The position numbers and the translations under genes are program-made. The notes beneath the pieces were generated by a model, which did not search any database, was not told where the DNA came from, and was given only the letters and a program-made list of their open reading frames with translations. A stretch of DNA of 64,000 nt from assembly GCF_009834535.1 (NCBI RefSeq), contig NC_045697.1, positions 111,416,001 to 111,480,000 of the forward strand. The letters run 5' to 3'. Origin of the DNA: Camelus ferus (taxonomy: Eukaryota). Positions 1-12,266 of the stretch are shown here, piece by piece. Position 1 is the stretch's first letter. Each line of letters begins with the position of its first letter.

Positions 1-207
1 AAGGGGGCAGGAGGAACTGAACTGCCACAACTCTAGGATGTATGTGAACATGCAGATGACCACAGGGCTGTCGGAACTAGGGCAGAGATTCTGAAAGGGA
101 TTAGGAAAGTTCTTTCCTTGGTTCAAAGATGGATTTTAAAATAGATTTTACACATCTAGGATGATTCAAGAACAATTCTGCCAAAAAGTCTCTGGAATAG
201 TCTAGGT

Positions 208-387
208 CAGGGTTCAACAACACAGTCCATGATCCAGCCAACTGCTTTCTGTAAATAAAGGTTTATTGGAACCCAGCCACATCTCTTCATTTGCATATTA
301 TCTGTGGCTGCTTTTGTACTACCGCTGAACCAAAGATAACTATTCTATGGTCCTTTAGAAAAAAAAAAAGGCAACTGAGACCCTCTG
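208..387. mobile_element. MER58A-like hAT-Charlie MITE
   Basis: Diagnostic 'tgtaaataaaggtttattggaacccagccac...tatctgtggctgctttt' and terminal remnants. Confidence 0.75.
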
Positions 388-559
388 AGACCAAAGAAGA
401 AGGAGTACGGGCCACTTCTGTTAAGTCCTGGATAGTCAGTCTGTTCATCAAAGGTTGTGTTTTGGACATATTGAGTTTAAACTACTACAGGAAAGTCAAG
501 CTAAGGCATATTATGCTGGAATTCAGGGAGGAGTCCGGGCTGAAGTTAGTCTGGCTGGA

Positions 560-1571
560 GAAAGTCTTCACTTTGCACGGATCCAACATGAATGAAGAGC
601 AGCTTCCACAGTTGAGGTAACGCCAGTCCCCCAACACCATGGTTCACATTTCAGCGACTGCCATGGTATGTCAGGTGTGACATCTGCATGAAAAACAAAT
701 GTTACTTCTGGCCCTGCAGTCCCCAAATCAGTACAGATGTGACTCGTGACTAGTGGTCATCCTGTCACTTCTCTCAGAGTCTGTGGTGACTGCACGTCGG
801 TCATTGAGTTCCTACCCAGTCAGCAAAGTGCACAGTGGTGTTGCCTTCTTATCTCAGTGATAAATGCATAGGACTTTTTACAAAATGGATCATTAAAAGA
901 GAGCATTGAAAGAGGCCAAGAAAGGTGAGATTGCAGCAAAGAAATGGAAAGTGATAACGCAAGAAAGGAAATTCAAGTTGAGCTCAAGCGGAGCTATGGG
1001 AGAGGCAGCTAACTGTGCGAATGCTGACCGCACCTCCGTCTCAGAGACTCCAGACATGCAGTCAGGAACCGAGCGGCAGGAGGGTGGTTGCGAGGAAGGG
1101 GACAGAGATGTCCTTGAAGAGGTGATACTGCAAAAAAAAAACTACCATTGAAGGAACTTTCGGACACATTTCACAGCATTGAAAATGCAAAGGATAAACT
1201 GTTGGAAGCTGATCCAAACTCAGAAAAGAGACAACTTGCTGGGGCACAGAAAAGATGCTCATTCGGTAAATACATTATGCAAGAAGAAGGAAACAAAGAC
1301 TACACAAACTAGATACATTTTTTACAAAGAAATAAAACACTAATTCTCAATGTTTTTAAAGTTTTACATTACAGTGTACCAAAAAATAGTAGGCTGACTA
1401 TTTTTTATCATTTCCATATATTTATAGTCAGGAGTAAGAGCTTTTAATGTTTTAACAAAAAAGTTATAAAGATCCTAACTTTTCCCATTGTCACGAAGAC
1501 TGCTCTGCCGCGTGGTGGGTGCGCGCAGTCACTCGCTGATCCTACGCTGCTGTGCAGAGTGAAAACCGCCT
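560..1571 (+). mobile_element. TcMar-Tigger non-autonomous DNA transposon (~1 kb; Tigger13a-like)
   Basis: Inverted termini GTCTTCACTTTGCACGG (564-580) and CTGTGCAGAGTGAAAAC (1550-1566), followed by TA. Internal degenerate transposase remnants (AAKKWKVIT... in ORF 906-1151). Confidence 0.75.
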
Positions 1572-1640
1572 ATATGTTTAGGCGTCTTCAGCACAAAAGT
1601 GGCATCTGAAGCTATGAGATTGTGTAAGACCTACTTAGAA

Positions 1641-1855
1641 AAATACTTTTCAACTGCAAGTTGTGACTCATAAAAGTGGGTAGTGAAATCAATTTAGTGA
1701 GTGTGAAGAGAATGTTTAATGAAATAGAAAAAAAGAACAAATCAAAGTGCATTGTTTCATGAGGACACGGATTCAGAGTGTGTGTGCGCTCAGGAATGTC
1801 ACAAAATGTATTTTTTTTTCCTATATAGGAATTGAAATAAGATTGAAAATCACTG
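1641..1855. mobile_element. hAT-Charlie MITE (Charlie4/MER112-type)
   Basis: 'ttttcaactgcaagttgtgactcat...gtgaaatcaatttagtgagt' with terminus 'ttgaaaatcactg'. Confidence 0.55.
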
Positions 1856-2320
1856 AACTAGGAAATGTGTACAGACAGGAGGCTCAAGGACAAATTCCCA
1901 GATACTCTAGATAATTGAGTTTGGGGAGTTGACGGGGAACCATTAAACAGGTAGAGAAGAATCAGCCAATAAGGAAAGAGGGGAACTAAGAAATCAAGTC
2001 AAAAAGCGTTTGTTCTAAGAAGGAAGGCAACCCAATTACTACCATATCAGCAACGTGGGCACTGACACTCTTGACCATGGTGGTGATGGCAACCTTCCCT
2101 GGAGTTGGGGGAGCCAAAGGCTGACTGGAATTTATTTAACAAGAAGGAAAGTGAAGATTTAAACACAAAGGTTTTAGAGTAAAAAGACACAGACTAATGT
2201 TCAAAATGTGTGAGGGACATGACACCAAAGTGAATAAACGTCAATACATATAGTACCAATTATGGTATATAAAATACGTTCAAATGTATGTGTCATTATT
2301 CTTTGCTCCCCTTCTGTATC

Positions 2321-2445
2321 TTTTTTTTTTTAATTGGAGTATATAGTCAGTTACAATGTGTCAATTTCTGGTGTACAGCATAATGTCCCAGTCATGTGTC
2401 ATACATACACATTTATTCATTTTCATATTCTTTTTCATTAAAGGT
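2321..2445 (-). mobile_element. Very short 5'-truncated L1 3' end
   Basis: Poly-T plus the cetartiodactyl L1 3' terminus. Imperfect TSD CCCTTCT(G/A)TA(T/C)C at 2309-2320 and 2446-2457. Confidence 0.8.
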
Positions 2446-2523
2446 CCCTTCTATACCTTTTATGAATAATACAGTTAAGAGGGGACACAAGAGGTCATGG
2501 TCTTCATATTTTTAAAACTTTCA

Positions 2524-3022
2524 CCATCAACAGGTGACTGGATAAAGAAGATGAGGTATATTTATACAATGGAATACTACTCAGCCATAAAAATGAAACA
2601 TAACGCCATTTACAGCAACATGGATGCTCCTGGAGAATGTCATTCTAAGTGAAGTAAGCCAGAAAGAGAAAGAAAAATACCATATGAGATCGCTCATATG
2701 TGGAATCTAAAAAACAAACAAACAAACAAACAAAGCGTAAATACAGGACAGAAATAGACTCATAGACAGAGAATACAGACTTGTGGTTGCCAGGGGGGCG
2801 GAGGGTGGGAAGGAATAGACTGGGATTTCAAAATTGTAGAATAGATAAACAAGATTATACTGTATAGCACAGGGAAATATACACAAAGCGTTACGGTAGC
2901 TCACAGAGAAAAAAATGTGACAATGAGTGTGTATATGTCCATGTATGACTGAAAAATTGTGCTGAACACTGGAATTTGACACAACATTGTAAAATGATTA
3001 TAAATCAATAAAAAATGTTAAA
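2524..3022 (+). mobile_element. Young L1 3' end (camelid L1_Vpa-type)
   Basis: ORF2 C-terminus, 3'UTR with G-rich tract, AATAAA and A-tail. Perfect TSD AAAACTTTCA (2514-2523 / 3023-3032). Confidence 0.9.
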
Positions 3023-3839
3023 AAAACTTTCAGGAATTGTTGATATTTTACATCATATTTATGATGATGATTAAATTATCATGATTAAACCACCCACATG
3101 TCCCAGTAATGAATTAATTACGTATCTGCTCTTTATAAAAACACAAACTCAAGCTTTCACCTTTTCTTCTTTTGCATCTCTGAATTATTTTCCAAGGTAC
3201 GTTTTCTCCTGTAGCCCAAAAAGCATTAGCATTTCAATTCTCCCAGAAGTCACGATGTGCGAAAATCATGGTCCTTCTTCACTTCATGGAGGCTGCATAG
3301 ATTATTTGAGACCGCAGTTTTTCCATCTTTTTTCCTAATAGTTTTGGCCAACTAGCTCCAAGGACCTTTTATTATCACACGTCAATCACCAGGTGTTGCT
3401 GCGAATCATCCACCTGCTCACACCCTATCGGCAGCTTCCCTCACTCTTACTCCCAGGACTTCCTACCCATCAAGAGCTCATTAAACCCAACGTTCAACGC
3501 AACACAGTCCAAGTGGGCACTGAGACCCCATGTTGGTATTTGTCGGTCCCAGGGAGTTCTTCAGGAGCTGGAAGTAAGAAGCTATAAGAAAGAAGGTGCA
3601 CACTGTTTAGTACTAGGTTGAGGCACATGCAGTTGCCTCTTTTGAAGGTCATGGATGGTCAAATGCAGCAGTTTCATATGGTTCAGCCTCTGCAGGAAAA
3701 GTTTTTGCAAAATCTACGTGTCCTCCATGGCTGCTGGTCAAACCCTGCAACATCTCCACTTCACTTTGATTTTAGAAACTAGAAACGGTTTCTATAACAT
3801 CAATTTTCACATGAGTGACAGCAACTATAGATTTAAATG

Positions 3840-4930
3840 TATTTATTTATTTAGTAAATATTTGCTAGTTGCCTACTATCAGGGCACTGGATTTGATGTT
3901 GAGAATTCATTGTTGAAACTCCAGACATGTTTCCTGACCCGCAGACTTTACAGTCTAGTAAGGAGCTAAATGTTAAACAATGACACAGTATTTATTTAAT
4001 TAAAGTTGACATAAAAATTATGGGAAAAGTATGGATATAGCAGAAAGAACCTAAATTAGTCTGGAAGGCTCGGGAAGGTTTCCCTGGGAAAGTGACATTT
4101 AAGCCGAGAACAGAAGGCTGAGTGGGAGTAGGGAAGTGAAGTTTTCCAGGGAGAGGAAAACAGCTTGTGTAAAGACCCCAAGTCAGGAAGGAACTTGGAG
4201 CTTTCAAGGATATCAGTGAAATAAAGCCAGCAGGACTGGCATGGAATGATCAGGAAGGAAGGGGATCAAGAAAAGCAGAATAAAAAAGCCGTCATCTCCA
4301 ATTTACTCCCGTGAGTTGCAAGAAGCAATTAAACAGCATTAAGCTGGGGTCTGACACCATTCAACCCACACTTAAGAAGCATCACTAGCCACAGTGTAGA
4401 GCAGGGATCCTCAGCAAACCCTGGCTAGAACACCAAACCCTGCTGCTGTCTGTCAATAAAGTTTTATTGGAATCCCACTGCCTTTTTTTTTTTATCCCTT
4501 CAATGGCAGGTTGAGTAGCTGAGACACAGATCGTGTGGCTGACAAAGCTGGAAATCGTATTTATTACTTGGGCCTTTAAAGAAAAAAGTTTGCTGACCTC
4601 TGGTGTGAAGAATGAACTGGAGGACCCAATAAGGTAACAGGAAAGAAGTCAGGAGACATGGTGGAGGTCCAAGCAGGAGGCACTATTGGCTCGAACTGGG
4701 ATAGCAGTGGGAGTCACGGAGAGCAGCGGGCAGATTTGAGAAAGATTAAGAAGAACAGACAGGGAGTAGTGATGGCTGAGGTGAGGCAAGGAGCAGCTGC
4801 GGGGGTGGTGGTTCCACTTGGCAGTCAGGAAACAAGGAATAAATGGGCTTATGGGGGAAGATGAGGAACTGGCCCTGAACTTTAGAGATAAATAAAAATA
4901 ATCAATCTGAATCACGAGACTCACTGGTCA
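3840..4930 (-). mobile_element. L2 LINE 3' portion (interrupted by MER58A)
   Basis: 'atttatttatttagtaaatatttgctagttgcctactatcagggcactgg' is an antisense L2 3' end, with typical L2 blocks downstream. Confidence 0.7.
4402..4602. mobile_element. MER58A hAT-Charlie MITE
   Basis: Termini CAGGGATC...AGCAAAC / GTTTGCTGACCTCTG, internal 'aataaagttttattggaa', and an 8-bp TSD-like pair GTGTAGAG/GTGTGAAG. Confidence 0.8.
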
Positions 4931-7384
4931 GTCTGTCATCGGTGCCAGCACCGTATGAAGGAAGGCAGAGCAAACAAATCTTCCTTCACCATCAGCTGCT
5001 CGTTTTTTGAGTACCCAGACCCCTTTTTGTTCTGACATCACTCTGATAGTCTTAGTGTTTATTTTATATTGATCGTTTCACTTGTTTGGGGGTGCTTTTT
5101 TGGGGGGGGTAAATGGTGAGCAGGAAAGAAAGGATGTGTTTTGTTCTGTTTTTCTATCAACTGCATTCTTCTCTCTTACCTTTGTTACCTGTGTCCTCTG
5201 TTACCCCCGCAGTGGACAGCAGTGTCCACTTTATCCTGTAAAGCCTCAATATACTTCCTTCCCTCCAGATCTTTTCTCTATATTTAACCATTCCTACTCC
5301 TCTCTGGGACCTTAATCATCCTTTACTATATTTTAATGCCTTCACATTCAGACACAAACCTAACCAGCTTTCACAAATCTCTGCCCCAGATTCCAAGTTC
5401 TTCAAGTATTTATTTCCATTATTGCCATTGTATGTTACATAGAATAAAAAACAGAAGCTTTCCATTTCAGATGTTTCAAACTTATAAGGAAGCAGCATGT
5501 TGTGGAAAAAGCATGACTTTTGTCAGAAAAATCCCCCCATTATTAACTATGTGTCCCTAATGGGGACGAACACCTGCTTCATAGGGGCTGAGGGAAATCA
5601 ATACAGAAAGTGCCCTCAGCATGTCTTCTCCCCCGTCTCCCTTTCTCCTTCTCCCTCTTATACAGAACGACAGGCAGTTCTGCTAGTCCTTTACCCTTTT
5701 TTGCAAAAGTGATTTTGTAGTATTCACATGCCTAAACCATAGCCGGACTGGTATGGAGCAGATGCAAAAATAAATGCTGATGCCAACCTGGGGGGCACAG
5801 CACAGGCATGGACAGTGGACAACAGAGGCGTCCCCTCAGGACAAGGACATCCTACCAGAGCAGAAGGGAGATCACTCAACACCACAGCTCCTGAGCTCAG
5901 AAGAAATAAATAAAACTAAAGAGATCTAAGGCAAAAAAAAAAAAAAAAAAAAAAAAGCCAGGAGGCTGGGAAAAGGCAGGGGACATGCTGGAAACTCACT
6001 AGGAAATGGGATGGAGGTGCCATCATTTCAGAGCAAGGCCGAGACAGGTGCTGAAGGGCTGTCCTTGGAGGCAAGTTTACTGGGAAAGGCCAGAGCACAG
6101 GGCTGGTCACGAGCAACCATCAAAGCCAGAGTTTCCTCTGGTTGGGCAGAGGCTGCATTAGTAATCACAAGACGGTGGCTCGGACTTGCCCAGGGTACCA
6201 TTCAGTCCTTAGTTTCCTCTGGGCTGCGCCAACATTCTTCAACCTCAATCCAAACATTTAAATCGTTTGCTGATAGATCTTTTTGCTCTATCTGAAAGAC
6301 AACGTCCTCACCCTAAATTTCACTCTCTTTTAGCAGGCCTGATAAGTGTGTAACATTCTCCTTACATTTCCTTCGGAAGGCCTATAGTAGATACAAAGAA
6401 AAATCACTTTCCTATAGATCAGTATTTTCTCAAACTCCAACATGGAATGAAAACTATATATTTTACTAGCACAACCATCAATCATATTGTGAATTTCAGA
6501 AAACACTTATCAGCCTCCTTTTAGGATTTGTGCTAGAAATTATGAAGCTTAAATATTAATTGACAGCACTTTTAGTCTCATACTTTCAAAATGCCGAATA
6601 CATCGACAAACATCATCCTGAAATCCCACACAAGCCCTTAGGTTTGAAATCAGGCCCCCAAAATATATTTTTATGTTATTTTTGTCACATGCTGTTTTGT
6701 ACTGCTTTAAAAAAATTTTTGTGCAACCTTCCCAAAGTGACATTTTCTTCAGAGAACAAAAAGTCTTGTAGCAAATATGACTAAGATTACTTCTTCCAAA
6801 AATTGAGTCAACACATGCAATCAATTTGGCCACATATGGTTATTTGCAAGCAGTAATTTTTTTTTTTAATGAAAACTACCTCTAGGCTATGTGATTTCTG
6901 TAGCTATTAAACACTGGTACAAAAATCAAAGGACTAAAATCAATCCATGTTAAAGAGCATGGTAGCTGTAATAACACTATTTCTATTTTTCTTTGATATT
7001 TACACTCAGCTTTCAAACAGAAGAGTGACTCTGAACATAATCATGGCTGGACTCAGGGATTAGAAGTTAAGCTTAAACTCTCTTACCTAATCATTAGTCA
7101 TATATACAACATGAAAAATAATCCAAAAACACAAGCACAGCATAAACAAGGACTTATAATCTCTTATGGCTTGTCTTGGTGGCTTATTGTTTTTACATTA
7201 TATGCATGTATATTTAAACTTTCTTATAAATTTGAAGTTTTGGTAACATGACAGAAGCAATAATTTTTAAAGTGCGTGTTAAAGAACAAAGAATCTTCAC
7301 AATATACTTATTCTTGGAATGTTTTTATACAAATTTGGATTTCCAAAAGTATTACAAATGGGAGATAAGGAGAATTGTTAGAAA

Positions 7385-7677
7385 TTGTTAAATTGTTGGC
7401 CCTCAAAGAATCACAGCTCTCTGAGTCCACACCCTGTGTCATCCCCTCTGGCCTGCTGGTGACCACAGCCTGCACAGGCAGATGCAAGTGAAGCCACCAA
7501 CCCACCCGCTTCTCTGTGAGCTCAGGCAAACCTGTAGAAGAACTGCCCAGCTGAGCCCGGCCCCAAATGCTGACCCACAGATTTGTGAAAAAATTTGTGG
7601 AAAAAAACACTCAGTGGCTGTTTTTAAGGCACTGAGTTTCGGCAGTGCTTGTTATGTAGCAATAGATAACTAATACA
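7385..7677 (+). mobile_element. MaLR LTR (old MLT1 subfamily)
   Basis: 3' end 'gctgtttttaaggcactgagtttcgg...ttgttatgtagcaatagataactaataca'. Confidence 0.8.
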
Positions 7678-7719
7678 GGAGAGAAGATTGACAGGAATGG
7701 TTAAGGGAAAGACTGACGG

Positions 7720-8062
7720 TGTTAAAAGATAGCTGAAGCATATTAAAATAGTTTAGAGTTTATTAGAGCAAAAATTGATTTGAATCAGGCAGCATCCAAT
7801 CTAGCAGAGAGAAAGGAGCTCTGAGGAACTGTACAAATGGAACACTTTTACAAGCAGAAGGGAGCAGAAACAAAGACATTATACTAGACAAAAAGGTGGG
7901 TTGCTGATTTCAAAGTTACTTCCCTCCAGTGGACGGCGGGGGTCGATCAGGCCGACTGCCCCACTAGTGCTGGGCAGGCGATTCCCGATTGGCTGGGTTA
8001 AGATTCCATTTCTGGGAAACCCGGAACTGTAATTCAGTCTCCGTTTGGTGATGTGGGGCTCT
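7720..8062 (-). mobile_element. ERV1-class LTR (same family as 52202-52594), 5'-truncated
   Basis: Its reverse complement aligns by eye with the LTR at 52202-52594 (agccccacatcaccaaac; cagccaatc(a/g)ggaatc; aagtaactttg; tgctcccttctgc; ends ttttaaca). Confidence 0.75.
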
Positions 8063-8074
8063 GTAGAAGCAACT

Positions 8075-8381
8075 CCATATCCTCACAGGAGGAAATGTCA
8101 CACACAGAAGAGGAGAAGGCAACATGACTACAGAGGCAGGACTGGAGTGATGTGGCCACAAGCCAAGGAATGCCGGCAACAACCATAAGCTGGAATGGGA
8201 AAGGAAAGGATTCTTCCCTAGAGGCTCCAGAGGGAGCAGTGGCCCTGACAACACCTCTAATTCAGCCAAGTGATACTAATTTCAAAATTCTGGCCTCAAA
8301 AACTGAAGAAAATAAATTTCTGTTGTTTTAAACCATCAAGTTCATAGCAATTTGTTACAGAACCCCCAGGAAACTAATACA
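8075..8381 (+). mobile_element. MaLR LTR, MLT1C/MLT1D-like
   Basis: 'ggagtgatgtggccacaagccaaggaatgcc...ttcttccctagaggctccagaggga...aataaatttctgttgttttaa...ggaaactaataca'. Confidence 0.85.
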
Positions 8382-9389
8382 ATGGGTAATGCACGTATAT
8401 GAGAGATCAGGCTGTCTTGATGTTGTGATGTCAAAGGAAAAATTCTCTCCCATTACAGATAAATCTTTTCCCTTTGAGCAGCAGGCCATTCTTTGAGTGT
8501 TTTTACATTGGAATATTTAAGTCTTGCCAATCGCCAAAGAGTAAGAAAGTACAGCACAAAGTGTATAATCTTAAGGAAAGCGTCCATTTCACTTTAAGTA
8601 ACAGAAACATTTTTTCTGTTATAGAATGAAATACAAATTCACATGATTTTTTTTATCAATAAGAAGATTACACCTAAAATAAATATCAAATGTACAAGGT
8701 ATGGGTGCTTAGGAATACACCCTGAGATTGTTGGAGATTCTAAATCACCATCCCCGATTGCTAGAGGAAATTGCATGGAAAATACTGAGATGAGTTATAT
8801 CCACTTGTATTTCATGTGACTGGGACCACAGAGTCTTAGATGAAAAAAGCATCATCAACAGGGAGTTCTGTCCATCCTGTAAAACACAGGGTCTGCTTTA
8901 AAGGGTCTAATATTCAGAAAGAAGTAACTGAAGAATTTTGTAGGCTCTCACCCAGTAGCCATATTTTTTTCATTTTAATTTAGAAATTATTCTCCACAAA
9001 ACAAGTAAATTATGCTACATCCATAAAATGGAGTATCATGCAACCATTAATATGTCCTCCAGATCCCTGTAGAAAATGGTTGAGGAGATGTTTCTGATAT
9101 AATGCTTTTAAAAAGCAAGGCAAAACTATAGTATCTACAAACACACATGCATGGAGGGAGGACAGAAAGGGAGCAATGCCAAAGCACTGCTGTGTTTATT
9201 TATATTTTTAATGTTTCCAAATGTGTGTATGTCTTTCTTTTATAAACTGGAAATGGCCCACCTCAAATAGACACAAGAGATTTTTACTTCTTCCTACTTC
9301 TAAAAGAATTTGAGGCAGTTGACACAATTTCATATTAAATAAACTAGAGCACTGAAATTGAAAATAAAGCCAAGGCCAACAACAAGAGA

Positions 9390-9556
9390 GGTGTCTCAAA
9401 TCTGACTGTGCATAGAAATCACCTGGGACCTTGTTAGCACACAGACCCTGATCCAGTGAGTCTGTCTGAGGCCAGAGAGCCTGCGTTTCTCAGGCAGGTG
9501 TTGCCTGTGCTGCTGGTACTGGGGTGGGGAGGGCACCACACTTCAGGAAGCAAGGA
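9390..9556. mobile_element. MER5A-type hAT-Charlie MITE
   Basis: 'tctcaaatctgactgtgcatagaaatcacctgggaccttgtta...ccacacttcaggaagcaagg'. Confidence 0.65.
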
Positions 9557-10129
9557 AGGAAACAGGGAGCAGGTGGCGTGAGCACCTGAGATGACTTAAT
9601 CACTAACTGCACCCTGGATTTAGCACTTTTCCTACCTGTTTAAACAGAATGAATCACCATATGTAACAAAGGCTAACCATGGAAACTGTAATTCAATAAA
9701 AAAGAATTTCTCCAATAACCTAGCCTTCTAGTTTACTTTTTAAAAATACAGAAGTTTGCTTCACATTCTTCTTGAAAGAACAGTATTCATACATTTACAG
9801 AGGCTTTGGTTGAGCCACTAAAGCAGAGCCTTAAATTTTTAGTGTTGAAAAATCCCAAGAGGATTTTTTTCAGTGTGGGAAAATTACCAGTTACTTTGAC
9901 TTGGCTGAAAACCCTAGATCACAGCTAGTAAGAGCCCTGAAATCCCAAATACAGGGAACAGTACAGAAAAGTTACTGCTGGATTCTTTAATTCATTCAGG
10001 TACTGATAGGTAATTTGGATTTCTGTTTCCGTCTTAGAAAAGTTACACAATGCACATCAATGTTATAACAACCTACATTTATGACTGTACATAACCGCTT
10101 AATAACTGAAGACAGCACTTAAGCTAAAG

Positions 10130-10351
10130 GAGGCATAACTGTAGCAATATTGCCCTTTCAGATCAGATTATTCATTACTGCGGGGCTGTCCTGCACACTG
10201 CAGGATGTTTAGCAGCATTTATGGCCCCTACCCAATAACTGGATTAAAATAGTAACACCCCCATATTTGTTTGAGTTGTGACAACCAAATATGTCTCCAG
10301 ACACTGCCAAGTGTTCCCTGGGGAGCAAAATCTTCCCAGTTGAAAACCACT
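10130..10351. mobile_element. MER20 hAT-Charlie MITE
   Basis: 'ggggctgtcctgcacactgcaggatgtttagcagcat...gttgtgacaaccaaatatgtctccagacactgccaa...gttgaaaaccact'. Confidence 0.85.
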
Positions 10352-11174
10352 AATCTAAAACATCTACTTGGACTTCACTGGTTTTAAGTAGTTTTCAGTG
10401 GAATAGTTTGCTTTTAAATATATCTGACCTTAAGCAATCTCTGCATGATTTTGATCACATTGTCAAAATCTCAGTAACTCTGACAGACTATCTTCCATTT
10501 CTGGTTCCTCTTTATGGAGCTAAGAAACAGGCAGGTCGAAGTTTCTGTTTTCCTAAACAAAAATCAGGCAAAACTTTCACTGCATCTTCTATCTGTAGGC
10601 ACATAAAGGGAATATTTCAAATAATATTCCAATAATCCAAAATATTGCTTGAGCAGAGTTCTATGAACTCCTTAGACTCAAGAGATTAATTCAAGAACTA
10701 AAAGACACAGTAAAAAAGGACCTGTAGTGGTTTTCTAACAAGATAAAAATATAGAAGCTAAAAAATTAGAGTAAAAACTCCTAAGTTAAATATAAAGAAC
10801 CAACAAATATTGAAAGAGGATTTACATTTTTGTAAAAATAGATTATAAATCTATATTATCTTTATGGTAAGCAACAATGGAATTAAGAAGAGGTTTCTAT
10901 TTTTTAAATCATTACAGAAACTATAAATAAAGATGATGGCCTTTGTTGCAAAATGCAAAATAGAAAGCAAATAGTAATAAAAAAGAAAAAAGCATAAGAA
11001 TGATAAGATAAAAGATAGTAATTACAGCAAGTGATACAAATCTTTCCTATTTTACTATCAAAAGGAAAAAAGCCTAAGACATGATGAGAAAATAATTGAC
11101 GCTACAACTTCTGATAAATATACCTAAATTAAAATGACATGGAAAGTTTTTTTTTTTTAAAGAAGAATATGTAT

Positions 11175-11534
11175 GTAGTCCTCTGTTGATGGACATCTGG
11201 GTTGTTTCCATGTCTTGGCTATTGTAAATAGTGCTGCTGTGAACATTGGGGTGCATGTATCTTTTTGAATTAAGGCTCCCTCTGGACATATGCCCAAGAG
11301 TGGGATTGCTGGATCATATGGTAAGTCTGTTTTTAGTCTTTTGAGGACTCTCCATACTGTTTTCCATAATGGATGCACCAAACTACATTCCTATGAACAG
11401 TATAGGAGGGGTCCCTTTTCTCCACACCCTTCTCCAGCACTTATCATTTGTGGACTTTTTAATGATGGCTATTCTGACACTGTAAACTGACCATACTTCA
11501 ATAAAATATATATATATATATACACACACAAAAA
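11175..11534. mobile_element. 5'-inverted (twin-primed) L1 insertion
   Basis: Minus-strand ORF2 C-terminus (HPLWKTVW...[11 protein letters not shown]...CTPMFTAALFTIAKTWKQPRCPS) is joined to a plus-strand L1 3' terminus and tail. TSD AAGAATA(T/C)GTAT at 11163-11174 / 11535-11546. Confidence 0.85.
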
Positions 11535-11851
11535 AAGAATACGTATATGCATAGAAAGCAAACCCAAAAATAAAGAAGAAAAGTAAACTAGTTATGCAAA
11601 ATTGACTAACTTTTTCTAAAAAGAAGTAACATTTTGAAGTTAAAATACCTACTGTGTATATAACTCTGAATAATGAATCAGGAAAAGTATATACACAAAA
11701 ACCTTTGGAAATATAAGTAGAAGATAGTCAAGAACAATTACATAAGAGACCAACTGGCCTTCTTCAGTTTACAGTAGGTCAAACAGACAAAAAGAAGGAT
11801 ACTGGAGATTTTAAAAAGAAAGATAAAAATTAATCAAAACATATCCAACTT

Positions 11852-12266
11852 CATTTGCAGCAACATGGATGATCATACTAAGTAAGCCAAAAAGAGAAAG
11901 AAAAATATCATATGATATCACTTATATGTGGAATCTAAAAAAAAAAATGGCACAGATGAACTTATTTACAAAACAGAAACAGACTCACAGACATAGAAAA
12001 CTTGTTTTAAACCAGGGCGGGGAAAAGTGGGGAGGGATCAAAACGGGAGTCTGGGATTCATAGATACTAATCACTGTACATAAAATAGATAAACAACAAG
12101 GTCCTACTGCGTACACAGTGAACTATATTCAATATCTTATAATAGCCTGTAATGAAAAAGAATGGAAAAGGAATATATATATGTATAACTGAATCACTAT
12201 GCTGTACACCAGAAATTAACACTACATTATAAATCGACTATATTCAATTAAAAAAATTTTTTAATA
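11852..12266 (+). mobile_element. L1 3' end (cetartiodactyl L1)
   Basis: L1 3'UTR ('atatcacttatatgtggaatct...gaacttatttacaaaacagaaacagactcacagacatagaaaac'). TSD ATCCAACTT at 11843-11851 / 12267-12275. Confidence 0.88.

Larger units (their letters stand above)
440..2160 (-). mobile_element. L2 LINE fragment interrupted by two DNA transposons
   Basis: L2-like blocks ('ttttggacatattgagttt', 'gtcttcagcac...gaagctatgagatt', 'tgacactcttgacc...ggagccaaaggctgactgga') continue across both insertions. Confidence 0.6.

Noticed and set aside
906..1151. 81-aa ORF as a domesticated transposase
   Set aside because: Internally deleted, frameshifted Tigger remnant with no catalytic domain.
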